64,000 bases of DNA, from assembly GCA_003141955.1 (NCBI GenBank), contig PLOC01000035.1, positions 25,116 to 89,115 on the forward strand, given 5' to 3'. The translations under genes and the position numbers were made by a program. Positions 53,897-61,944 of this stretch are shown piece by piece. The stretch's first letter is position 1. Each line of letters opens with the position of its first letter. The stretch is from Chloroflexota bacterium (lineage in GTDB: Bacteria > Chloroflexota > Limnocylindria > Limnocylindrales > CSP1-4). Below the pieces are notes generated by a model. The model did not search any database. It was not told where the DNA came from and saw only the letters and a program-made list of their open reading frames with translations.

Positions 53897-53939
53897 ATAT
53901 CCACAGAATCGGTGAACAACTTCGAACTCCTGTGGATAA
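53897..53939. promoter_or_regulatory. Inverted pair of DnaA-box-like 9-mers
   Basis: ATATCCACA (53897-53905, 8/9 match to TTATCCACA) and TGTGGATAA (53931-53939, a perfect reverse complement), within a locally AT-richer patch. Confidence 0.4.
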
Positions 53940-54049
53940 GCTCGGCCGCTCGCAGCAGGCTGCGTTAGCATCTCGATGCCACTCCGCCTTCCCGGCCCAT
54001 CAGAATCGAACCGTCACGCGACCGAGCATTCAGAGCGAGGTGAAACCCC

Positions 54050-54817
54050 TTGGCCATCGTCATCGCGATCGCAAACCAGAAGGGTGGCGTCGGAAAGACG
54101 ACCACTGCAATCAATCTGGCAGGCGCGCTCGCGGAGCAGGGGCTGCGGGTTCTGTGCGTCGACATGGACGCTCAGGCGAACCTGACGGTCGGCCTCGGGA
54201 TCAACCTGGCGACTATCCAGCATTCGATGGCGAACGTCCTCGGCGATCCGCAGCTTCGCATCAAGGACATAGTGGTCTCGACCGAGACGGCCAACATTGA
54301 CGTGGCCCCGGCCACCCTCGACCTGGCCTCCACCGAGGTCGACCTTCTCAGCACGATAGGCCGCGAGTACGCCCTCGCCGAGGCCGTCGACGACTGGGCT
54401 CAGGGCCACTACGACTACATACTGATCGACTGCCCGCCGACGCTGGGCCTGATGACGATCAACGGCCTCGTCGCTGCCAACGGAGTGATCATCCCCGTTC
54501 AGACCCAGTACTACGCCCTCAAGGGCCTGGCCGCCCTGGTCAAGGTCATCTCGACGATCCGCTCCAAACTGAACAAGAATCTGCGGGTCATGGGTCTGCT
54601 TCCAACCTTTTACGATCCTCGCACCATCCTGGGTCGGGAGATGCTCGACGAGATGAGGGAACACGGGGAGAACCACGTCTTCGACACGATCATCCGCAAC
54701 GCCGTCAAACTCGGCGAGGCTCCCCTGACCGGTCGCCCCATCACCGAGTATGCCAGCGCCTCGGACGCGGCCAACAACTTTCGAGAGCTCGCCAGGGAGG
54801 TAATCGCACTTGGCTAG
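54050..54817 (+). CDS. parA: Chromosome partitioning ATPase ParA/Soj
   Basis: AIANQKGGVGKTTTAINLA, YDYILIDCPP. TTG start. Confidence 0.93.
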   Translation: MAIVIAIANQKGGVGKTTTAINLAGALAEQGLRVLCVDMDAQANLTVGLGINLATIQHSMANVLGDPQLRIKDIVVSTETANIDVAPATLDLASTEVDLLSTIGREYALAEAVDDWAQGHYDYILIDCPPTLGLMTINGLVAANGVIIPVQTQYYALKGLAALVKVISTIRSKLNKNLRVMGLLPTFYDPRTILGREMLDEMREHGENHVFDTIIRNAVKLGEAPLTGRPITEYASASDAANNFRELAREVIALG

Positions 54818-55832
54818 GCCAGATTTCCGGGCCGCCGCGTCTGCTCGTCTGAACGAGGAGCGAGGCCAGGAGCTCTCGCAGAACGTCCTCAGTCTTCTCT
54901 CCGCCGACGACACGACCGTCGTCCGCCCGTCCGCGGTCCGCAACATACCCGTCGACAGGGTCGACCCGAACCCCAACCAGCCGCGCCTGGCCATGGATAA
55001 GGCGGCCATGGACGATCTCACAGCCTCCGTCAAGGAGCATGGCGTCCTGCAGCCGATCCTCGTTCGGCCGCTTCCCGCAGGCCGCTATCAGCTGGTCGCC
55101 GGCGAACGTCGCTGGCGGGCGGCCAGGGCCGCCGGCATGGGTACCGTTCCCGCCCTTATCGAGGAGATAGACGACGACACGGCCCTCGAGATTTCGGTCA
55201 TCGAGAACCTGCAGCGCGAGGACCTTTCGCCGCTCGACGAGGCTCTGATCTACGACAAGATGATCCGCCAGCACGGCTACAGCATCCGCAAGCTGGCCCA
55301 GAAGCTCGGAAAGGACAAGGGATACCTGGAGAACCGTCTCCGCCTGGCAGACGCTCCCGCCGAGATTCGCGAGCTGGTGTCTGTGCGCAAAGACACCCTC
55401 TCCCACGCCTACGAGCTGCTTAAGGTCACCGACGCCAAGAAGCGCAAGAAGCTGGCCGACATGGTCGCTCGCGGCGAGCTTTCACTGGTGAAGCTTCGCG
55501 AGCGCATCGACGCCGGTCCGCGGATCAAGCGCGCTTCCAAGGCAGCCGCCACGACGGCCGGCTCTTCCGGCACGATAGAGGATGAGATCGAGGCCGAGGC
55601 CGAGGCGAACTGGATGGGGACGGGCGCCCGACGCCCGCTGACGGACGACTCCCTGATCGCCGTCCGAACGCAGCTGGCCGATGCGATCACGGAGCTGATC
55701 TCGGTCATTCAATCGGACGTGATGAAGACGATCGACGATACCGACCGCGCGAACCTGGCGAAGCACCTCATGATCGCCCGAGTCCGGCTCGAGAACGCCA
55801 TCGCGCTCGTGCGGCGGGGCGCCGACCACTAG
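54810..55832 (+). CDS. parB: Chromosome partitioning protein ParB/Spo0J
   Basis: NPNQPR, GVLQPILVR, YQLVAGERRWRAA, ENLQREDLSPLDEA, HTH GYSIRKLAQKLGKDKGYLENRL. TTG with GGGAGG 9 nt upstream. Confidence 0.93.
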   Translation: MARPDFRAAASARLNEERGQELSQNVLSLLSADDTTVVRPSAVRNIPVDRVDPNPNQPRLAMDKAAMDDLTASVKEHGVLQPILVRPLPAGRYQLVAGERRWRAARAAGMGTVPALIEEIDDDTALEISVIENLQREDLSPLDEALIYDKMIRQHGYSIRKLAQKLGKDKGYLENRLRLADAPAEIRELVSVRKDTLSHAYELLKVTDAKKRKKLADMVARGELSLVKLRERIDAGPRIKRASKAAATTAGSSGTIEDEIEAEAEANWMGTGARRPLTDDSLIAVRTQLADAITELISVIQSDVMKTIDDTDRANLAKHLMIARVRLENAIALVRRGADH

Positions 55833-55973
55833 CCTCAGGTTCCGCCAGCCAATCCCAGCACGCCCATGTCGAGCGAGCCCCTACTGGCAAGCCCTGGGCT
55901 GACATCACCAAACCTGTCCTCAACTTACCCAAATACCCCTGACTGACACCCCCCACTTCGGTCGCCACCGGGG

Positions 55974-56807
55974 CTAAAGGAGCCCGGCCGAGCCCAGCGC
56001 CGCCAGCCAGCCGGCACCGAGAGCAACGATCCCGACCGCCTGAACCTCCCAGCCCACGCGACCCACCTGCTCGTTCGGGGAGGCGCTGAACTTGAGCCCG
56101 AGCAGGCCCAGCCCGACCCCTGCCAGTTCGGCCGCCAGCGCCGTGGCGACTGTGCCCGCAGCCGCCGACGAGAGGACAACGGTGAGCTGCAGGAGAACGA
56201 GGCCCACGGCGTCCGCCTCGATGGCACGATCCCGGCCAAGGACGGTTACGATCGAGGCCGCCCCCGCCTCTCGATCGTGCTCGAAGTCGGCCAGGGCGTT
56301 CGCCACGGCCAGCACGGCCCCCGCCAGCAACGCCATCGGGATGATTCCCCAGAACGCGGCGGGCAGGCCGCCGGTGGCACCCAGCCACGCGTATACCGGC
56401 AGCAGCGCGACGCCCGCCGCGAAGGGCAGCCAGGAGACCACGGTTCCCTTGAGCCGGAGGTCGTACGCGAGTCCGTCAGCCAGCCCCACGATCGCCACGG
56501 CCAGAGGCGCCAGGCCCACTGAAGCCGCACTCCAGAGGCCCAGGGCGACGGCGATCAGGAAGACGGCCGTGGCCTGGCGCGGCCCGACCAGGCCGGCCGG
56601 GAGCGGCTTCTGGGGACGGCTGAGGCGGTCGCGGGGAGCGTCGGCCAGGTCGTTGACCGTGCCGATCGCGAACTGCAGGCCCAGCATTCCGAAGGTTAGC
56701 CGAGCCGCCACGGAAGGATTCGCCCCGGCGATCAGAGCGATGGCGCCAGCGGCCACCGCGTCGAGGGTGGACGGGAAAGGATGGACGAGGTGGCCGAATC
56801 CGACCAT
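55974..56807 (-). CDS. UbiA-family prenyltransferase
   Basis: Polytopic, with the NDLADAPRD first Asp-rich motif and the DFEHDREAG second motif. Confidence 0.85.
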   Translation of the reverse strand: MVGFGHLVHPFPSTLDAVAAGAIALIAGANPSVAARLTFGMLGLQFAIGTVNDLADAPRDRLSRPQKPLPAGLVGPRQATAVFLIAVALGLWSAASVGLAPLAVAIVGLADGLAYDLRLKGTVVSWLPFAAGVALLPVYAWLGATGGLPAAFWGIIPMALLAGAVLAVANALADFEHDREAGAASIVTVLGRDRAIEADAVGLVLLQLTVVLSSAAAGTVATALAAELAGVGLGLLGLKFSASPNEQVGRVGWEVQAVGIVALGAGWLAALGSAGLL

Positions 56808-56856
56808 GCGGGCGATGACACTCCGCCGCTGGCGCCCGGGCTTGCGGGGTTCCGGG

Positions 56857-57222
56857 TCAGACGTAGACGATCTCGTCGAAGTTGGCTACGAGGTAGTTGA
56901 TCAGGGGCGCCCTGGCATCGGCGAGGTCTGCGCGCAGGCCACTGACCAGGCAGTGCAGCGAGATCGCCGGGACCATCAGGTTGCCCTGGGCATCGAAGCC
57001 CACGGTCGCCGGGGCCCCACCACCGCGGGCGTAGACGCGCCGCAGGCCGGCCTCGTCCAGGCGCGCAGTCCGCCGCACATCCGTGACGACCTTGATCACG
57101 CCTCGCCGGATGGCGACGTCCCTCATCAGCTCCTTGGCCCAGGAATCGAGCTGCTCGTCGGTCTGTTCGCCGAGTCGCTTGCGGTACTCGGTCGGGTTGG
57201 CGGCAAGGCCCGTTGCGCCCAC
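56857..57222 (-). CDS. Hypothetical protein (121 aa)
   Basis: In-frame GTG of ORF 56857..57447 preceded by AAGGAGGAG. Coding-like codon usage. Confidence 0.5.
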   Translation of the reverse strand: MGATGLAANPTEYRKRLGEQTDEQLDSWAKELMRDVAIRRGVIKVVTDVRRTARLDEAGLRRVYARGGGAPATVGFDAQGNLMVPAISLHCLVSGLRADLADARAPLINYLVANFDEIVYV

Positions 57223-57347
57223 TTCTCCTCCTTCTGGGTGTCGGCCGCAGTATCGCAGACTCCGAGCCGGGCCCCTCACCCGAGATGCGCCAGATCCGCC
57301 CGAGGCCGTGGATGAAGCCGTTTCGACGCTCGAACCGGGTCGACTAC

Positions 57348-58187
57348 CTAGGTATCCGCCCCCGCCGTCCCTCCCCGCGGCGGAACCGGTGGACGAGCCC
57401 CTTCGGGCCAGTCGTTGAAGAGTTCGGTCAGGCGACCCCCAATCCACCGCGATCGAGGCGGATCCGGGAAATCCGAGACCAGCTCGAGCAGAGCTGCCTG
57501 AACCTCGGCCGTCATGGCTGCCACCGCCTCGCTCGTCGGGGGCCTGGAGCCGTCCCCCGCCGCGGCGATCGGTCGCCCGATCCTTACCCTCACGCGGCGG
57601 CGGAAGGCCAGCCAGCTGGTCCCGTTGACCGCCACCGGAACGAGCGGCACGCGCGATCGCAAGGCCATATAGGCGGGCCCCTCGAGGAGCGGCAGGATCA
57701 CCCCTTCCCCGGCGTGAATGCGGCCCTCCCCGGCAATGGCAATGCGATCGCCGCCGGCCAGCAGCGTCTCGACGCGAGCGGTGGCCGCGACCAGGCCGCG
57801 CCGGCCAGGTCGGTACGGCACCGCCACACCGCCCCAGCGCATCAGCCCGTTCCGGAAGCCTCGGGTCATGTCCTCCTGCTCGGGCCCGAAGAAGTGAGTT
57901 CGGGGCCTCTCAGGGAGTGCCGAGATCAGGAAGAATGGGTCCACCCAGTTCTGGTGGCTGAAGCAAAGGATCGACGGCCCAGCCGGCAGCATCCCCGCGC
58001 CCTCGAAGCGGCAGCTCGAGTATGCCCTCGTCACGATCCGGAGCGTCAGCCGGATCAACCGGTATCGCCACAGCGGACGCGGTGGCGCCTGCTCGTCCAG
58101 CCGGCCGGACCGCGAGCCCGGGCTCAACCCATCTGCGCCCGCTTCCGGAACCTCTGAGGCTTGCCCACCAGGTGGCCGTCTGGTCAT
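57348..58187 (-). CDS. plsC: Lysophospholipid (1-acyl-sn-glycerol-3-phosphate) acyltransferase family
   Basis: HQNWVD (HX4D) motif, FFGPE, IAGEGRI, PLVPVAV. Confidence 0.85.
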   Translation of the reverse strand: MTRRPPGGQASEVPEAGADGLSPGSRSGRLDEQAPPRPLWRYRLIRLTLRIVTRAYSSCRFEGAGMLPAGPSILCFSHQNWVDPFFLISALPERPRTHFFGPEQEDMTRGFRNGLMRWGGVAVPYRPGRRGLVAATARVETLLAGGDRIAIAGEGRIHAGEGVILPLLEGPAYMALRSRVPLVPVAVNGTSWLAFRRRVRVRIGRPIAAAGDGSRPPTSEAVAAMTAEVQAALLELVSDFPDPPRSRWIGGRLTELFNDWPEGARPPVPPRGGTAGADT

Positions 58188-58290
58188 GAGGTGAGTATGC
58201 CAAGCTTGGCCTGCCGGCGCCCCGGCGTGCAGGCCCGCGGATCTCCGGCAGGGCGCCGTGAGCGCCCCGGTCGTGGTTCTCGCCGGGACG

Positions 58291-58318
58291 TTGACCTGTT
58301 CTCGGTTTGGGGTACGAT
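58291..58318 (+). promoter_or_regulatory. Candidate promoter of the HTH-MNT/HEPN pair
   Basis: TTGACC (58291-58296), a 16-nt spacer, then TACGAT (58313-58318). GTTCTC/GAGAAC inverted repeats surround it. Confidence 0.3.
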
Positions 58319-58328
58319 TGTTCCATGT

Positions 58329-59060
58329 GTGAGAACGATCGCTCTCGTGTTTGAGAACACCGCTGCGACCGATCTCACCATCGGGAGGTCCTCCGTCCGG
58401 CGCCGGATACTGGCCCTCCTAATGGCCGTGCCGGACCAGCGCCTCCATCTGCGCGAGATCCAGCGGCGCGTCGGAACAAGCCCGGGCACCGCCAGTCGGG
58501 AGTTAGCGCGTCTCGTGGCCGCCGGCCTCGCCGAGCGCCAGGCCGAGGGGCACCAGGTCTACTTTCGGGCTGCTTCCTCCCCCTTCGCGACGATGGTCCG
58601 GAGCCTGCTGATCGTGCCCGCCGCCGCGGAAGCAGAGCCCGCACCGCTCCCGCCGGAGCCCGTCGAGACCGCACCGGAGCCAATCAGACCGCCCCGCACC
58701 ATACGCCCAGCCGGCCCGGCGCAAGAGGGCCCGCCTCAACCCGACGCCCTGGGCCTCGAGGTCGCGGGCCGCCTGTCAGCGGTGCTCCGGCCGCTCTACG
58801 GCGATCGGCTCGCGGGCCTCTACCTGCATGGGGCGCGCGCCCGGGGCGAGGCCGGGCCGGACGCTGAGGTAGAAGTCGTCGTCGTTCTGGACAAGATCGC
58901 GCGGTACGGCGACGAGCTGGAGAGGACCAGCTCCACGTGCGCCGGCCTGTCGCTCGAGTTCGGGCTGATTGTGAGTCGCCTGTTCGTTGCCGGGAGCATC
59001 TGGGAGGGCCGGACCGACGGCCATCTCCTGGACATTCGATCTGAGGCAGTGCCCGTATGA
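58329..59060 (+). CDS. Winged-HTH (ArsR-like) fused to a minimal nucleotidyltransferase (MNT) domain
   Basis: RRRILALLMAVPDQRLHLREIQRRVGTSPGTASRELARLVAAGL, a Pro-rich linker, then GLYLHGARARGEAGPDAEVEVVVVL (GS-x9-DxD-like). The start is uncertain (GTG 58329 or 58347). Confidence 0.7.
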   Translation: MRTIALVFENTAATDLTIGRSSVRRRILALLMAVPDQRLHLREIQRRVGTSPGTASRELARLVAAGLAERQAEGHQVYFRAASSPFATMVRSLLIVPAAAEAEPAPLPPEPVETAPEPIRPPRTIRPAGPAQEGPPQPDALGLEVAGRLSAVLRPLYGDRLAGLYLHGARARGEAGPDAEVEVVVVLDKIARYGDELERTSSTCAGLSLEFGLIVSRLFVAGSIWEGRTDGHLLDIRSEAVPV

Positions 59061-59440
59061 GGGAGCGAGCCGCTCAGCTGGTCGACGGCGCGGAGAGGGC
59101 CATCGTCTCGGCGCACCGGGAGCTGCAGGCGGGCGATGCCGAAGCCGCCTCCGAGCGCGCCTGCGTGGCGATGCTCCGCCTGGCCAAGGCGTGTCTCGAC
59201 GTGGACGGCCTCGCCCCGGGCCCCGCTCAGGCTGTCTGCCTCGCCTACGGAAGCCAGTTCGGCCGAACCGGGCGCTTGTACTCGGCCTATCACCGCTGGC
59301 TGCTGGACGCCACGGACCTGCGCAAAGCCGCCGGCGGGGACCTTAACCTCGCCGTCGACCTCGAGTCGGTCACCTCGGTCCTGGAGCGGGCCGAAATCTT
59401 CCGCGATGCGGTCGTCCGCTTCCTGGAGCGCAACCCCTGA
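59057..59440 (+). CDS. HEPN domain protein (MNT partner)
   Basis: ATGA overlap with the MNT gene. A 127-aa all-helical pattern ending ...YHRWLLDATDLRKAAGG..., typical of NTase-associated HEPN proteins. Confidence 0.65.
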   Translation: MRERAAQLVDGAERAIVSAHRELQAGDAEAASERACVAMLRLAKACLDVDGLAPGPAQAVCLAYGSQFGRTGRLYSAYHRWLLDATDLRKAAGGDLNLAVDLESVTSVLERAEIFRDAVVRFLERNP

Positions 59441-59537
59441 TGGGCGAGTCGATCCATCCGTCTCCTCGCCTCTCGACGCCCGAAGGACGCCAGGCCCGGG
59501 CCGACCAGGGGACGGGTTGCAGGTGGCCGGAGACTCC

Positions 59538-60104
59538 ATGAGGTGCTGGTGGCCGGACGGCCTGCGCGGCGCCGATCCCATGATGGTCGCCTACCACGAC
59601 GAGGAGTGGGGAGTACCGGTCTCGGGCGGCCGCGCCCTGTTCGAACTGCTGGCCCTGGAAGGCTTTCAGGCCGGACTGTCGTGGGCGACGATCCTGCGCA
59701 AGCGCGAAGCGTTCCGGCTGGCCTTCGCCGATTTCGAACCCCGGGTCGTGGCCTCTTTCGGCGAGGCCGACCGCGCTCGGCTGCTGGCGGATGCCGGCAT
59801 CGTGCGCAACCGGGCCAAGATTGACGCCACGATCGGCAACGCCGCTCTCCTGCTCGGGCTGGCCGAGGAGTGCGGATCGTTCGCGGCCTACCTTGCGGCG
59901 ATGCTCCCCCGCCCCGCCCCAACCCGTAAGCAAGGCGACGACTGGAAGGACGTGCCCGTAACCACGGCCGAATCCGATGCCCTGTCGGCCGACCTGCGCA
60001 GGCGCGGATTCCGCTTCGTCGGCTCGACGATCGTCTACAGCTTTATGCAAAGCGTCGGCCTGATAGATGACCACCTGCCGGGCTGCTTCCTCTACCGCGG
60101 CTGA
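59538..60104 (+). CDS. tag: DNA-3-methyladenine glycosylase I
   Basis: Internal ATG of ORF 59136..60104. RCWW...MVAYHDEEWGVP, FELLALEGFQAGLSWATIL, IVRNRAKI, Cys/His zinc ligands. Confidence 0.92.
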   Translation: MRCWWPDGLRGADPMMVAYHDEEWGVPVSGGRALFELLALEGFQAGLSWATILRKREAFRLAFADFEPRVVASFGEADRARLLADAGIVRNRAKIDATIGNAALLLGLAEECGSFAAYLAAMLPRPAPTRKQGDDWKDVPVTTAESDALSADLRRRGFRFVGSTIVYSFMQSVGLIDDHLPGCFLYRG

Positions 60105-60193
60105 CCTGCGCCGCGGCCGGTGGCGCGCGGACGCGGATGGCGCGGATGGCGCGGCATGGATGGTCCCCGAAGCGGCGATTGTCGCCTGAGGCC

Positions 60194-60412
60194 CTACGAC
60201 CGGTTCAGCAGCGCCTCGATGGACCGGGCGGGCATCCGGGTCCGCCGCGAGACGTACTTGGCAATTCGAGCCGAGTCACAGCCGCACCTTGCGAGGGCGC
60301 GCCGGTCCAGTCGTGGCCAGATGACCATGGCGCGGACCGCAGCCGGACACAGGTCCTGTGCGCGCGCGGTCGCCTGGCGCACCCCGGGCTCTGAAACCGC
60401 CGAGACCGCCAT
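60194..60412 (-). CDS. Possible small XRE-like HTH protein (72 aa)
   Basis: LDRRALARCGCDSARIAKYVSRRTRMPARSIEALL has an HTH-like pattern. About 82% GC3. Weak AAAGG SD. Confidence 0.3.
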   Translation of the reverse strand: MAVSAVSEPGVRQATARAQDLCPAAVRAMVIWPRLDRRALARCGCDSARIAKYVSRRTRMPARSIEALLNRS

Positions 60413-60511
60413 CGATCGCCTTTCTCTGTTCGGATGTCCCGTGTAGATACGCCCGGCTCGTGCACCGCCCGGGCGTTGGCGTTGGGTACGAAATCCTAAG
60501 CAGAGGACTCT

Positions 60512-60525
60512 GGTATTTCAATACC
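60512..60525. promoter_or_regulatory. 14-bp palindrome GGTATTtcAATACC in an AT-rich patch
   Basis: Read directly from the sequence. It lies about 100 nt upstream of the small HTH ORF start on the minus strand. Confidence 0.3.
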
Positions 60526-60829
60526 CCGTTTTGTGAAGATTCGCCTACCCCTATCGTCACCCTCGCCCGCCCGGCCACCCGACGGAAGGCGAGCCGGGAC
60601 CCGCCGGCTGGCGACGGGCAGCTCGAACGCCAGGCGTTCAGGGGGATTGCGGCGGCGACGCCGCCAGTCAGCCTGCGCCGCCGCTGGCGGCAGCATTGCA
60701 CAATTCTGAAACACCTGCCTGGGCGGACTGCGAGCGCCCCGTCGTCAGGCTGAAGCCCGGATCCGCCGGTCACCTCGCCGCGGTCCGGCGGTCCGACGGG
60801 CGCGGGCCAGGGCGACGACGAAGACTCCG

Positions 60830-60877
60830 GCGAGCGCACCCGGAGGTGCGTGAGCGAGAAGCGCAGGAGCCAACGCG
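60830..60877 (+). repeat. Copy A of a 48-51 nt imperfect direct repeat
   Basis: GCGAGCGCACCcggAGGTGCGTGAGCGAGaagCGCAGGagCCAACGCG. It contains the inverted repeat GCGCACC-N4-GGTGCGT. Confidence 0.7.
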
Positions 60878-60929
60878 CTCCTTCTGGAGTGCCCTGGATC
60901 GCTGTGTGGCGCCGCACCATAATGCTGCT

Positions 60930-61769
60930 ATGACCGCGGGCCGAGAGCAGATCCAGCGGCTGGCGCCACAGGCCGGGACCGTGCCCCTCTTCGGGTTGCG
61001 CCGAGTCGAGCAGATCATGGGCACGGCCATCAGCTTCGACGTCCGCGACCCGGACGTGCCGCCCGCGGCGCTCGACGAAGCCTTCGACCATCTCCGCGAC
61101 GTCGACCGGCGCTTCAGCACCTACAAACCCGACAGCGAGGTCAGCCGCCTGAGCCGCGGCGAAATGTCCGAGGACGACTGCAGCCCCGATCTTCGCCGCG
61201 TCCTCGAGCTGTGCGAGCAGGTGCGGGAGACGAGCCAGGGCTACTTCGACATTCGGGCCCACCGCTGGGACGGAGGCCTCGACCCTTCCGGGCTGGTCAA
61301 GGGCTGGGCCCTGGAGGATGCCGGCCGAATCCTGGAGGCGGCCGGGGCGCGCAACTACTGCATCAACGGCGGCGGCGACATAGTCATCCGCGGCGAGGCG
61401 GCGCCGGCCACTCCCTGGCGGATCGGCATCAGGCACCCGTTGCAGGCGGACAAGGTGGCCACCGTGGTCAGTGTGCACGACGGCGCTGTCGCCACGTCCG
61501 GTGCGTATGAGCGCGGCGATCACGTGCAGGATCCCTTCACCGGCAAGGCGCCCCAGGGCGACGTGCTGAGCATCACGATCGTCGGACCGAACCTGACCTT
61601 TGCCGATGGCTACGCCACGGCGGCGTTCGCCATGGGACCGACCGGCCTGGCCTGGGTCGCTGGGCTGGCCGGCTACGCGGGCTGCGCGATCACGGCCGAC
61701 CCGGACGGCTCGAACGGGCGCCTGATCTGGACCCCCGGCTTCGAGCGCTGTTTCGCCGACCCCCACTGA
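60930..61769 (+). CDS. apbE: FAD:protein FMN transferase (ApbE family)
   Basis: Internal ATG of ORF 60696..61769. IMGTAISFDV, FSTYKPDSEVSRL, DPSGLVKGWA, INGGGDI, ATSGAYER, and ADGYATAAFAMG near the C-terminus. No signal peptide. Confidence 0.88.
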   Translation: MTAGREQIQRLAPQAGTVPLFGLRRVEQIMGTAISFDVRDPDVPPAALDEAFDHLRDVDRRFSTYKPDSEVSRLSRGEMSEDDCSPDLRRVLELCEQVRETSQGYFDIRAHRWDGGLDPSGLVKGWALEDAGRILEAAGARNYCINGGGDIVIRGEAAPATPWRIGIRHPLQADKVATVVSVHDGAVATSGAYERGDHVQDPFTGKAPQGDVLSITIVGPNLTFADGYATAAFAMGPTGLAWVAGLAGYAGCAITADPDGSNGRLIWTPGFERCFADPH

Positions 61770-61893
61770 CGCCGCGCCGGGCGCAGGAGCCGCCCGCCAC
61801 ATGGCATGGCGCCGGGGAGCGCCGCCCGACCGGCCACGTGGGCGCAGATCGCCGGGCCGGCGAGCGCGGCGCTAGGCGGAGCCGAGCACCGCA

Positions 61894-61944
61894 GCGAGCG
61901 CACCTCCAGGTGCGTGAGCGAGGACCGCAGGCTCCAACAACGCG
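61894..61944 (+). repeat. Copy B of the repeat, in the convergent spacer after apbE
   Basis: GCGAGCGCACCtccAGGTGCGTGAGCGAGgacCGCAGGctCCAACaaCGCG. It is flanked by a perfect 16-nt direct repeat GCGCCGCCCGACCGGC at 61819-61834 and 61947-61962. Confidence 0.7.

Noticed and set aside
53596-55973. parS site (TGTTTCACGTGAAACA-like) near parAB
   Set aside because: Scanning for CACGTG-centred palindromes found none resembling parS in or around parAB. The site may lie elsewhere or be divergent.
60133-60159. Tandem 9-mers GCGGATGGC x2.5 downstream of tag
   Set aside because: The repeat is short and GC-rich, sits in a 90-nt convergent spacer, and has no structure or coding consequence. It is probably slippage noise.
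60830-60877. Guanidine-III (ykkC-III) riboswitch similarity of the apbE-flanking repeat
   Set aside because: It shares CCGGA..AGGUGCG and CAGGA, but the pseudoknot pairings of that class cannot be drawn. The gene context (apbE, and a convergent spacer for copy B) does not fit guanidine transporters.
60560-60930. FMN or cobalamin riboswitch upstream of apbE
   Set aside because: I found no RFN core (GGGCGGGGUGAAAUUCCC...ACCGGCGGU) and only fragmentary B12-box-like strings. The evidence is insufficient to call either. I report it only as an unexplained non-coding region.
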